From the NCBI GenBank assembly GCA_964357395.1, contig CAYHLC010000003.1, positions 14,080 to 78,079 on the forward strand: 64,000 nt of DNA. Direction: 5' to 3'. The notes under the pieces were generated by a model that had not been told where the DNA came from, made no database searches, and worked only from the letters and a program-made list of their open reading frames with translations. The DNA is from an uncultured Candidatus Saccharibacteria bacterium (GTDB lineage: Bacteria; Patescibacteriota; Minisyncoccia; Phycocordibacterales; Phycocordibacteraceae). Made by a program: the position numbers and the translations under genes. Positions within the stretch are counted from its first letter, which is position 1; each line of letters begins with the position of its first letter. Of the stretch, positions 18,901-27,168 are shown piece after piece.

Positions 18901-18971
18901 TGCGGGCACGGGGAATCGGACCCCGATCTATTGATTGGCAACCAATTGTTCTACCATTGAACCATGCCCGC
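18901..18971 (-). tRNA. tRNA-Gly (anticodon GCC), no encoded CCA
   Basis: Reverse complement GCGGGCA TG GTTC AATGGTA GAAC A ATTGG TTGCCAA TCAAT AGAT CGGGG TCCGATT CCCCG TGCCCGC A. It is convergent with tRNA-Arg and 7 nt away. Confidence 0.8.
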
Positions 18972-18976
18972 GACCC

Positions 18977-19699
18977 TCATATACTCTCATAGTATGCCCG
19001 CATCATCAACTCTTTAGGTAGTAGATCTAACCACGCCAGCATTTTGACCTTGAAGTATGAACTGGACACATAGATCAAGCAGATTCCGTTTTTAAGTCGC
19101 CTCGTCTTGTGCTTACCCTGGATCACCGTGCTCCCTCTAAACTGGGTAGACTCAAGCTGTGTACTGTCAGCCCAGAACTTAAAACTCTCTGCCTTGTCAT
19201 TATCCGGGTATAGAAGTAGGGATGCCCTGACGTATTCTTTTGGGAGTCCACATGCTTCGCGTAGGAACATGCTGAATAGTCGAATCATCTGCGGGTCTGT
19301 ATTAGTCAGTTTTGTGACACTTTTGGTTAGTTTGTCTCCCTCTCCCCAGTACAGCATGATTCCTGTGATGAAAAGTGGGTTGTACTTCAAGGCGCCAAAC
19401 TCAGCTAGAGCCTCTTCCTTAGCCTGTTCGTAGAGTCTGGCTAACTCCCCTCCCCTCGCCTTGTTCAGCGACCGCATCCTGACGGTGCCCTGCTCGATAC
19501 TACTCCTCTGTAGCCGTTCCTTTATCAACTGAGACCACTTCTGATCCTGGAACCATCCCGATAAGGTGCTAACAGGAACCTTCATTCTCTTCGATATTTC
19601 CTTATAGCTCATACCCCTCATACGTAGCCGCTCTATTTCTTTCTTATCGTCTCTCATATGATACATTGTACAGTACGATACAGAGGTTCGCAGTTTCAC
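18977..19699 (-). CDS. HTH-domain protein of unknown family in low-GC islet (possible homing-endonuclease-like/mobile gene)
   Basis: N-terminal sigma-70 region-4/resolvase-like HTH (MSYKEISKRMKVPVSTLSGWF). The central FITGIMLYWGEGDK is reminiscent of, but not conclusively, a LAGLIDADG-type motif. Lower GC than its surroundings and abuts tRNA-Gly. Confidence 0.45.
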   Translation of the reverse strand: MKLRTSVSYCTMYHMRDDKKEIERLRMRGMSYKEISKRMKVPVSTLSGWFQDQKWSQLIKERLQRSSIEQGTVRMRSLNKARGGELARLYEQAKEEALAEFGALKYNPLFITGIMLYWGEGDKLTKSVTKLTNTDPQMIRLFSMFLREACGLPKEYVRASLLLYPDNDKAESFKFWADSTQLESTQFRGSTVIQGKHKTRRLKNGICLIYVSSSYFKVKMLAWLDLLPKELMMRAYYESI

Positions 19700-19892
19700 G
19701 TGGCAGGATGTCCTTTAGGTGGATAACTTGTGGGTTATGTGTATAAAGGACACGGAATAATAAGTCCTTAATCTGGTGCGCATACATCATACGGCTCTAA
19801 ATATAGCTATTTTCTAAAGGTCAAAGACAGTTTGTTCCACGTGGAACATTTTCACATGCAACAGGGTATGTGGGTATATCCTGAGCTATTCT

Positions 19893-20267
19893 GTGGGTAT
19901 GGCTAGGCATAACGACGTAGGATCGGATGGTGAGGATGTCGCCTGCGAGTACCTGGAAGGGAAGGGTTGGCAGATTATAGAGCGCAACTTCCGCCGCCCG
20001 TATGGGGAGATCGACATAGTTGCACGCGAAACGGGTGGGGGTCTGGTATTTGTGGAGGTCAAGTCCGTTTCATATGGAACCAAGTTCCGTCCAGAGGAGA
20101 ACATGCACCCCCAGAAGCTTCGTAGGCTAGGGAACACGATCATGACCTACCTGGCCTCTAAAGGACAGAAAGGGGACTGGCGGCTGGACCTCCTCGTTGT
20201 CCGATTGGACCCCTCCTCAGGCAGGGCCGAAGTTAAGCATTTGGTGAACATAGTTATAGGCACCTAG
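19893..20267 (+). CDS. yraN: YraN (UPF0102) family endonuclease
   Basis: GEDVACEYLEGKGWQIIERNFRRPYGEIDIVA...LVFVEVK matches the UPF0102/YraN signature. 124 aa. Confidence 0.85.
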   Translation: MGMARHNDVGSDGEDVACEYLEGKGWQIIERNFRRPYGEIDIVARETGGGLVFVEVKSVSYGTKFRPEENMHPQKLRRLGNTIMTYLASKGQKGDWRLDLLVVRLDPSSGRAEVKHLVNIVIGT

Positions 20268-20294
20268 GAAACGATAGTGTATAGTAGGGAAATT

Positions 20295-20365
20295 CGGGGC
20301 GTCGTATACCGGTAGTACGCCTGGTTTGGGACCAGGTAGATAGGGTTCGATTCCCTACGCCCCGA
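20295..20365 (+). tRNA. tRNA-Pro (anticodon TGG), no encoded CCA
   Basis: CGGGGCG TC GTAT ACCGGTA GTAC G CCTGG TTTGGGA CCAGG TAGA TAGGG TTCGATT CCCTA CGCCCCG A. Confidence 0.75.
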
Positions 20366-20453
20366 CCGAATGGAAAAGCGGCCACATCACGTGGTCGTTT
20401 TTTGCCATTGACACGGCTTCATTTGTAGTATAGACTATAAGTAAATAGAGAAT

Positions 20454-21857
20454 ATGAGTAAAGTTCTAAACAAAGAGCTCGGATCGCAGATTGTCCGCCT
20501 GAGAAAGGGGGCAAAGCTGACACAGGCGCAGCTAGCAAAGCAGGCCGGGGTGCATGTGACCTTCCTGTCAGGGGTGGAAAAGGGACAGCGGAACGTAACT
20601 GTGGACACTGCGCAGAAAATTGCGACTGCGCTCGGGGTTCAGCTCCCCGAGCTTTTTGCATCAGAGCTTAACAAGCTTGACGGCAGGCGTGTTGCAACCC
20701 CAGTTAACTTTGTAAAGCTCGGTGGCACCTGGGATATGCAAGTGACTGACGACGGGCTCATGGGGGAGGGGCAGTTGGACGATAAACGCTTTGCCAAACT
20801 CGAGGAGGAGGTTGGGTACGACGAGCGGGTCCTCGTGTCGAGGCTCGATGCGGCATTCAGGGGCACCAAGAGCATAGACACGAGCCTCTCCTCGCACCTA
20901 CCATGGGTACCGGACATCAATACGCTGGTGAGTGGCGACTTTTTCCCGATTTTCAGTGGTGACAGCTCGCACTATCGACCAGGTGTAATGTCCCCTGCAG
21001 TTGCATACCTCCTTAGCAAGGCAACGAGCGAGCCTGGAAAGCAGGTTATAGCTGGTATGGGCACTGATACGGTAGACATGCTCCTGCCGTACCTCGATAC
21101 ATTCCTCTTCGACCGCTCTGACATATATCCCATACTCGTTTCTGGCGCTAACCTCAGCTTCCGGGAGCCAAACTCTGACGCACCAAAGAACTTTCGAGAT
21201 CTGGCACAAGCAACACATCTCCCACTCCAGCCTGGCGCCTACTACATCTTCGACCACACCATCTTTAAAGGGGGCGATATCGTTAAGGTCGACCCGAATG
21301 AGAACCCAACCTCGATCGAGGGGATGACCACCTTCTTTGCACCACAGCGCACCCACGCGCGTGTCGGGATATTGAACACTGGCTCGATCCGTAGGGAGAG
21401 TCACGCAGGGATCCTCGGCCCAGTCATTGCTTACAGTGCGGAGCAGTTCTTTGATACGATGAACTCAGTTTTAACAGTGAACTTGGGCGACATGCCGGAC
21501 ACTGAGGCTGTAGTTAAGGCAATGAAAGATCCGAAAACAAAGGCGATAGTTGTGATCTCGCACGCGCTCGGCAACGCTCCATACCCAATCCGACGCGCTG
21601 CGATAGAGGCAGCCAAGGCAGGGAAGTTGGTTATCAACGTCAGTCGCGCACTCATGGGCAATACTAACGAGCGTTACTACGTATCGCTCGGCAGTATTAA
21701 CGAACGCGAGCTGAAGGGTACGGGGTACATGACCATTGAGGGTGGCAGGCTCTCAAATCGGACCGCCAAGGCACTCATAGTCCGAGCTCTGCTCGAAGGT
21801 CGGGACCAAAAGTCGGCCAGTGACCTGATAGAGCAATACAAGGCAAGGACCTTCTAG
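20454..21857 (+). CDS. fusion protein: XRE-family HTH DNA-binding domain + L-asparaginase/glutaminase-like domain
   Basis: N-terminus LRKGAKLTQAQLAKQAGVHVTFLSGVEKGQRNVTVDTAQKIATALGV is an HTH_XRE. The remainder carries the asparaginase motifs KLGGTWDM (TGGTIAG-like), AGMGTDTVDML (hGTDTm) and ISHALGNAPYP (GxGNGN-like). 467 aa. Confidence 0.7.
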   Translation: MSKVLNKELGSQIVRLRKGAKLTQAQLAKQAGVHVTFLSGVEKGQRNVTVDTAQKIATALGVQLPELFASELNKLDGRRVATPVNFVKLGGTWDMQVTDDGLMGEGQLDDKRFAKLEEEVGYDERVLVSRLDAAFRGTKSIDTSLSSHLPWVPDINTLVSGDFFPIFSGDSSHYRPGVMSPAVAYLLSKATSEPGKQVIAGMGTDTVDMLLPYLDTFLFDRSDIYPILVSGANLSFREPNSDAPKNFRDLAQATHLPLQPGAYYIFDHTIFKGGDIVKVDPNENPTSIEGMTTFFAPQRTHARVGILNTGSIRRESHAGILGPVIAYSAEQFFDTMNSVLTVNLGDMPDTEAVVKAMKDPKTKAIVVISHALGNAPYPIRRAAIEAAKAGKLVINVSRALMGNTNERYYVSLGSINERELKGTGYMTIEGGRLSNRTAKALIVRALLEGRDQKSASDLIEQYKARTF

Positions 21858-21908
21858 CCAATATCGGAATTTGGGGCGTAACGCCAGCTTCATCTATACG
21901 TCATTAGT

Positions 21909-22442
21909 ATGTCAGCTATGGGAGCAAAAGAAGACGCATTCTTGGACGCGTTCCAGACACACTCGCCGGCATTGTTTCGGCATGCCTTTTTTCGCATCGG
22001 CGATAGGGACCGGGCGCTCGAGCTTACCCAAGACGCCTTTATGAAGGCGTGGGACTATGTACGCGCTGGCGGCGAGGTCCGGACTCCCAAGAGCTTCCTC
22101 TACCGCGTCATAAACAATTTGATCGTCGATGAGTATCGCCGCACCAAGACACAGTCCTTGGATGCAATGGTGGAGGCCGAGGGCTCGGCAGCGGAGGCTT
22201 TGTTTGCGGAAGGGAGCTTGTGGGAGGTTGAGGAGACCGCCGATACAGCTGTTATGGTGGGGAAGGTGCGTGAGGCCGTTAAGGAACTCCCCGAGAGCTA
22301 CCGCACCGCTGTCACTATGCGCTTTATGGATGGTCTTAGCCCAAAGGAGATTGCCAAGATGCTCAATTGTACTGAAAATGTAGTGTCAGTTCGGATCCAC
22401 CGGGCCGTCATTAGACTGAGACAGATGTTGTCACATGCATAA
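21909..22442 (+). CDS. ECF-type RNA polymerase sigma-70 factor
   Basis: Region 2 (LTQDAFMKAWDY...FLYRVINNLIVDEYRR) and region 4 HTH (LSPKEIAKMLNCTENVVSVRIHRA). 177 aa. Confidence 0.9.
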   Translation: MSAMGAKEDAFLDAFQTHSPALFRHAFFRIGDRDRALELTQDAFMKAWDYVRAGGEVRTPKSFLYRVINNLIVDEYRRTKTQSLDAMVEAEGSAAEALFAEGSLWEVEETADTAVMVGKVREAVKELPESYRTAVTMRFMDGLSPKEIAKMLNCTENVVSVRIHRAVIRLRQMLSHA

Positions 22443-23454
22443 ATACGATCTGAGGGTATTGGTCAAACAAGTTGGCCAAGCATACGATATGAACGATGCG
22501 GAGCGAGAGAGGCTCCGAAGTGTAGTCGTTGGCTACATGGAGATGAAGCCGATACGCACACGTCCCACGCAGGCCTTTGTGCCAACCTGGGGTCACCTGT
22601 GGCGGGCACTGGTACTCGCACTTATTGCGCTCATCACACTTTCTGGCTCAGCGTCTTATGCCGCAGAGGGCGCACTGCCAGGCGACGCACTGTACGGAAT
22701 CAAGGTGGCTATCAACGAGGAGCTCCGCGCAGCATTTGTATGGAATCCGGAAGCACGCGCCACGCTCGCGTTCGAGCGTGCGGAGCGCAGACTCGAGGAG
22801 GCAGCAACACTTCTGAAGGCGGGCAAGCTGACCCCCGAGCTGTTGGTAACGATCGCCTCTAATTTTGAAATGCAGGCCGAGCAGGCGACCAAGGATGTAG
22901 ACGCGCTGAACAAAACTCATTCCGCATCTGCAATTACTATCGCATCCAAGTTCGAGACACGCGTCTCCGCACACAGCACCCTCCTTGGCACTATGGGTGC
23001 AAAGGATGATGGGACATTGGCAACGGTGCTCGAGAAAACGAAGGTGCAGGTCGCCGGGGTGCGCGCCGAAGCGGAGCAGGTCGCCAAAGTCGCTGTTCTT
23101 AGAGAGCCGTCGGCGCTCATGCTCGTCTCGACCTCTACGCTTCCAACGACGAACGATACTTCAGAGCAGAAGGCCGCCGCAAGCGCTGCGAGCGTCGCTC
23201 TGAAGGCGGCACTCGAGGGCCTACAGGCGCAGCTTGGGGACGTTGAGCAGGATGACACGGGCAGCGCGCGCCTCAGCGCCTATATTGCTGCAGCAACATC
23301 AGCAAACGCGGCTGGCGACGCACTCCTCGCCGGAGGGGACTACGCCGGCGCGTACCGCCGGTATCAAGCAGGCCTCATCGCAGCTGAACAACTTTCCGTA
23401 TTCCTCAAAGCCTCCATCGATCTCAAGATCCCCGTCCTCGAGCTTTCGTTCTAA
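22435..23454 (+). CDS. putative anti-sigma factor / DUF5667-like single-pass membrane protein
   Basis: Overlaps the sigma stop by 8 nt. One TM (LVLALIALITLSG) then LPGDALYGIK, the DUF5667-type motif, and a long Ala-rich helical extracytoplasmic region. Confidence 0.6.
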   Translation: MHKYDLRVLVKQVGQAYDMNDAERERLRSVVVGYMEMKPIRTRPTQAFVPTWGHLWRALVLALIALITLSGSASYAAEGALPGDALYGIKVAINEELRAAFVWNPEARATLAFERAERRLEEAATLLKAGKLTPELLVTIASNFEMQAEQATKDVDALNKTHSASAITIASKFETRVSAHSTLLGTMGAKDDGTLATVLEKTKVQVAGVRAEAEQVAKVAVLREPSALMLVSTSTLPTTNDTSEQKAAASAASVALKAALEGLQAQLGDVEQDDTGSARLSAYIAAATSANAAGDALLAGGDYAGAYRRYQAGLIAAEQLSVFLKASIDLKIPVLELSF

Positions 23455-23986
23455 GGCGGTTACCTTCGGTAAGTTCAATCGCGATGGCTACAGCCGCACT
23501 TGGAGTATCGGCAGATCGGATTAGGATCCGCTTTCGGTCGTCGAGGTACTGATTCGCAAGTTTGTTAGCCCAACCGCCAGTGCCAGCGAGTACGACGACA
23601 GGAATGTTGGCTTGATAAGCAATCGCGATTTCTGTTAGCGTACCGGAGCCACCGCTGAGGGCAATAATTGCGTCGCAGCTGAGAACGAGAGTAAACTCGC
23701 GTCCGCCACCACGCTCCATGCCCGAGGCGATTATGATATCCGCGTTGTCCTTTTCGTACACATCAAGTCCTTTGCAGTAGGTGACGCCCACCGTTAGGCC
23801 CCCGCCTCGTTTGGCTCCTCGGCAGGCAGCGGTCGAGAGCGAGTCATAATCTTTTTCTGCACCGAACATGAGTGTGGCGTCGCTCTCTGCAACACAATAC
23901 CCAACTTCCTCGGCCAACCGTTCGAGGTCGGCCGAGTAGTTGAGGTCAGCCGCAGATCCCATAACTCCTATTTGTAGTTTTCTCAT
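23423..23986 (-). CDS. TIGR00725/LOG-like (SLOG) Rossmann-fold protein
   Basis: IGVMGSA...IIALSGGSGTLTEIAIAYQANIPVVVLAGTGGWAN is the LOG/DprA-like nucleotide-binding motif. 187 aa. Confidence 0.7.
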   Translation of the reverse strand: MRKLQIGVMGSAADLNYSADLERLAEEVGYCVAESDATLMFGAEKDYDSLSTAACRGAKRGGGLTVGVTYCKGLDVYEKDNADIIIASGMERGGGREFTLVLSCDAIIALSGGSGTLTEIAIAYQANIPVVVLAGTGGWANKLANQYLDDRKRILIRSADTPSAAVAIAIELTEGNRLRTKARGRGS

Positions 23987-24162
23987 TAGCTTGCTCCGTA
24001 TGTTGCAGCGGCCACGATGGCGGCCATAACTAGTACGAATCCGGCGCGAGCCATAAGCTGGTCCTTATTCGGCATGTCGTCGCTCCCTCTCCTCGTGAAG
24101 AACCATGCAATTCTACGTAGCGATGTGCGTTTGTAATACCCATCTCCATATGGTCCTGACAT
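23986..24162 (-). CDS. small protein with C-terminal TM helix (58 aa)
   Basis: Its stop overlaps the LOG-like start as TAATG, which suggests translational coupling. Sequence MSGPYGDGYYKRTSLRRIAWFFTRRGSDDMPNKDQLMARAGFVLVMAAIVAAATYGAS. Confidence 0.4.
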   Translation of the reverse strand: MSGPYGDGYYKRTSLRRIAWFFTRRGSDDMPNKDQLMARAGFVLVMAAIVAAATYGAS

Positions 24163-24185
24163 AATTATTTTTAGGATTGTAATTA

Positions 24186-24311
24186 CTACTTTGGCCCGCA
24201 GAAATAGCAAGAGCCAGTCGCTGGATTGATTACACAGTTTCCACCACAGTGTGAAGTAAGCTCCGTTCGGGTACTGTCACGATCCTGCCAATTTCGATTC
24301 AAGTTTTCCAT
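24186..24311 (-). CDS. possible 41-aa four-Cys peptide (MENLNRNWQDRDSTRTELTSHCGGNCVINPATGSCYFCGPK)
   Basis: Short ORF immediately after a terminator. Carries a C-x3-C...C-x2-C zinc-ribbon-like pattern and has no SD. Its 3' half alternatively contains a plausible promoter (TTGCTA-16-TAGTAA) for the next gene. Confidence 0.25.
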   Translation of the reverse strand: MENLNRNWQDRDSTRTELTSHCGGNCVINPATGSCYFCGPK

Positions 24312-24321
24312 ACTTAGTGTA

Positions 24322-24365
24322 AGAATAAAAATAAAACCGCCCATTTGTTTGTCTTGGGCGGCGTA
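24322..24365 (-). terminator. rho-independent terminator downstream of yerC-like gene
   Basis: Minus strand GCCGCCCAagacaaacaaaUGGGCGG then UUUUAUUUUUAUU. Confidence 0.7.
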
Positions 24366-24381
24366 GCGTCGGTCTCGGTTG

Positions 24382-24687
24382 TTAGTTAGTACGTCTCGAG
24401 ATCGCCGTGCGGTAGCCGCCCTGTCCATGCTGCAGCCAATGGGCGACACGGGTCACGGTCGTAATTGATGCATTGAGATCTTCAGCAACATCGCGGTAGG
24501 AGGTCCCTTTGGATAGGGCACGAGCTATGGCGTACCGCTCGGCAAACGCGTCCAGCTCTGCTTGCGTGCAGAGGTCGCGCATAAACGCTGCTGCCTCGGC
24601 GCGCGACTTCAGCCCCAAGAGGGCGTCGTAGAGAGGGGCGAGGTCGTTCTTTTTGTTTGTTCGTTGCATACCCCTACGTATCGCCAC
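24382..24687 (-). CDS. YerC/YecD (TrpR-like) family protein
   Basis: LKSRAEAAAFMRDLCTQAELDAFAERYAIARALSKGTSYRDVAEDLNASITTVTRVAHWL matches the TrpR-like YerC family. 101 aa. Confidence 0.8.
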   Translation of the reverse strand: MAIRRGMQRTNKKNDLAPLYDALLGLKSRAEAAAFMRDLCTQAELDAFAERYAIARALSKGTSYRDVAEDLNASITTVTRVAHWLQHGQGGYRTAISRRTN

Positions 24688-24771
24688 ACTTCTTGTACCT
24701 ACACTGTAGCGCTACGATGGTACATAGTATATATGCACCGCGCCCCTCCGTCAAGTAGTAATCTTTGACTG

Positions 24772-25938
24772 CTACTTCTCCAATACATCCACGAGTTTTT
24801 GTTTGAGGGCGGGGGAGTAGAGCTGGTTGAAGGTGGCAGCTTCTTGTGCGAGGTCGGACGAGAGGACTGATTGCAGACTCTTGCTGCGCTCTGCCTGGAA
24901 GTCCTGGATGATATAGGAAGTAGCGAGTGCGCGGAGGTCGCGAGCACCGGTCTGCTCGGCCTGGGTCGAGGTGACGATGAGCCCCACCAGTGTGCCGTCG
25001 AGCAGCGTTACTGCTCCGCCCGATGCGCCCTGTTGCGCAACGACAGTGCCACCAGTAGAGAAGAGGTCTATCGTGTTGCCTCCGTAGGTGTACACCTCGC
25101 CGACGCGACTGAACGCGCTTGATGCGTACAAGTCCTTGATGACGCTAATCCCGCCGAGGAACCCTGCAGCGTAGCCGGCCACCAATATGTCTGCCTTTTC
25201 CGGTGGTGGCGAGATAGACGTGAGTACGAAGGGGAACGAGGTTGGCATCTCGACCGAGCCGCTTACGGTGCCGGTGATGCGCAAGAGGGCATAGTCGTGC
25301 TCGCCATTACCAGTCGGAGTGTCGTCGTCCAGCTTCTCTGCGTTCTTGGTAATCCACGATGGCGAGATGAAGAGGAGTTCTGCTATGTATTTGGGCGATG
25401 CCGGGCTGCCGGTACGGATGACGCACTGCACAAAGTTCTGCGACGGGTAGTCCTTGAGTAGATAGAACTGGGCTACGTGCGCGTTGGTCAGTATGACTCC
25501 GCGCGGATCGATGACGACGCCGGATGCGGATGTGGACTCGAAGGGGCCCGCGTTAGCGGTCGAGCAGAGGATGTTTACGAGTGCTGCACGCACGCGGTCA
25601 TTAACCGACGGGGCAGTGGTAGGGGCCAGGTTCGTTATGGTGGTTATGACGTCCGGAAGTGGGAGGTCTACTTTTGGAGCTGGCGGAGCAACAATTGGTT
25701 TTGTCTCCACCGGCTTTGCTGGGGCTGGCGCGGCAGGCTTCGGTGCTGGAGGAGTGGTCGTTGCTACTGCAAGAGTGGTAGTTGCTATCGGCGCAGTAGT
25801 AGTTGCAACGATCTGCTGCGGCACCCCCTCAGCAGGCGCGTGCGCGGCGGGCGCAGAGCCAAAAGTAATAGCAAGGACGATGAGTATTCCAGCAATGAGC
25901 GCGAGTATAGTCTGCAATATGGAGAGAAAGGCTGGCAC
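24772..25938 (-). CDS. membrane-anchored trypsin-like (S1) serine protease, no PDZ
   Basis: N-terminal TM and Pro/Thr-rich linker. Catalytic motifs are VILTNAHV (His) and GASGGAV (Ser). 388 aa. Confidence 0.8.
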   Translation of the reverse strand: MPAFLSILQTILALIAGILIVLAITFGSAPAAHAPAEGVPQQIVATTTAPIATTTLAVATTTPPAPKPAAPAPAKPVETKPIVAPPAPKVDLPLPDVITTITNLAPTTAPSVNDRVRAALVNILCSTANAGPFESTSASGVVIDPRGVILTNAHVAQFYLLKDYPSQNFVQCVIRTGSPASPKYIAELLFISPSWITKNAEKLDDDTPTGNGEHDYALLRITGTVSGSVEMPTSFPFVLTSISPPPEKADILVAGYAAGFLGGISVIKDLYASSAFSRVGEVYTYGGNTIDLFSTGGTVVAQQGASGGAVTLLDGTLVGLIVTSTQAEQTGARDLRALATSYIIQDFQAERSKSLQSVLSSDLAQEAATFNQLYSPALKQKLVDVLEK

Positions 25939-25984
25939 CCCACCATTATACTCCGTACCGAATTTCTGCTAAAGTACACCTGTC

Positions 25985-26055
25985 GCGGGATTAGTTTAAT
26001 GGTAGAACTGCAGTTTTCCAAACTGTAGGCAGCGGTTCGATTCCGCTATCCCGCA
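25985..26055 (+). tRNA. tRNA-Gly (anticodon TCC)
   Basis: GCGGGAT TA GTTT AATGGTA GAAC T GCAGT TTTCCAA ACTGT AGGC AGCGG TTCGATT CCGCT ATCCCGC A. Confidence 0.8.
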
Positions 26056-26141
26056 CTCGAGTGAGCGTCGCGCAAAAGCTTGCTTTTTGCATGGCCGAGC
26101 GAGAGTGAGGGACAAGCTCGGCTTATCCCGCACCGAATAGT

Positions 26142-26579
26142 TTAGAGACCACTGAGGAGTGCTGCAATTATCGACGCTGCACCCCTGCGCGCGAACCTCC
26201 CTTTAGGATAGCCATTGCCAGAAACCCAGTCTTTAACAGTACCTCTTCGGACGAACAGGGTGTCCTCGATCGCAGCGGTGCTGAGTCCTCCGTAGGTAAT
26301 AGCTCGCAGAACAACAGTCTTCCACCACTCGTCATCATCGTCAGGTGGCCCACCACCACCCGAGTAGTTATAAAGTTCCTCGATCAATGATTGCCGAATC
26401 TGCACATTTACAACCGGAAGGTTAACTACATTGTCTCCCCCCTCGCTCATGCCCAACACCTCGCCACCCATAGCGGCAACATCAACAACAAGCTGCGTAA
26501 CTCCGAGCGCGACCCAACCGAGGAAGAGTGCCTCCTTTAGCCCCAGTTGAGGTGCACGACGTTCAGCTACAGTACTCAT
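26142..26579 (-). CDS. hypothetical protein with N-terminal TM and C-terminal HTH-like segment (145 aa)
   Basis: ORF track. LSTAAIEDTLFVRRGTVKDWV resembles an HTH. Confidence 0.45.
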   Translation of the reverse strand: MSTVAERRAPQLGLKEALFLGWVALGVTQLVVDVAAMGGEVLGMSEGGDNVVNLPVVNVQIRQSLIEELYNYSGGGGPPDDDDEWWKTVVLRAITYGGLSTAAIEDTLFVRRGTVKDWVSGNGYPKGRFARRGAASIIAALLSGL

Positions 26580-26604
26580 GATCTACTTATGCCACAAAGC
26601 AGCC

Positions 26605-26650
26605 CAAAAAACAAAAAACCACCGGTTGTGCTCGGCGGTTTTTTGTTTTT
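26605..26650. terminator. bidirectional terminator (A-run, hairpin, T-run) downstream of the HU-family gene
   Basis: aaaaaacaaaaaaCCACCGGttgtgctCGGCGGttttttgtttttt. Confidence 0.6.
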
Positions 26651-26688
26651 TCTATCTAAACCCTAAACCCTAGCCACGAGTGGCTAGT

Positions 26689-26961
26689 TTATTTGACCGC
26701 GTCCTTGAGGGCCTTTGCCGCTCGGAACTTTGGCACGCGCATAGACGGGACCTTGATGGTCTCGCCGGTACGTGGGTTACGACCTGTTCGCGCCGGGCGC
26801 ATCTTGGTCGAGAAGATCCCAAGACCGGCAACCGATACCTCGTCACCGCCCTTCAGGGCCTTGGTGATGGTCTCGATTAGGGTCTCGACGACTTCCTCGG
26901 CCTGGACCTTGGTACCACCCAGGGTCTTCTGCACGACATCTGCAAGATCTGCTTTGTTCAT
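26689..26961 (-). CDS. hup: HU family DNA-binding protein
   Basis: MNKADLADVVQ...GLGIFSTKMRPARTGRNPRTGETIKVPSMRVPKFRAAKALKD is the HU/IHF signature. 90 aa. Confidence 0.95.
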   Translation of the reverse strand: MNKADLADVVQKTLGGTKVQAEEVVETLIETITKALKGGDEVSVAGLGIFSTKMRPARTGRNPRTGETIKVPSMRVPKFRAAKALKDAVK

Positions 26962-27168
26962 AGGCTTTTATTGATAATTACAATCAGTATAGGGTAAGCC
27001 GTATTATGCGCAAGGCCCCTTGCACATGAACGGTGGGTATTGTATAACATGTGCCATGGCAACTCCCGAGGCAACAACAAACGATCACTCGGACTATTAC
27101 GAGGACTTCCTCGTCTGCTCACTGCAGGATGACCCGATAGCCTGCATGGCCAAGCGTTACCCGGCACC

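Noticed and set aside
24186-24449. 87-aa minus ORF as listed
   Set aside because: It runs straight through the hairpin/U-tract terminator at 24322-24365. Only its last 41 codons (after the terminator) were kept as a low-confidence peptide.
26651-26669. aaaccctaaaccct tandem (telomere/CRISPR-like)
   Set aside because: Only two 7-nt units. No array, no spacers.
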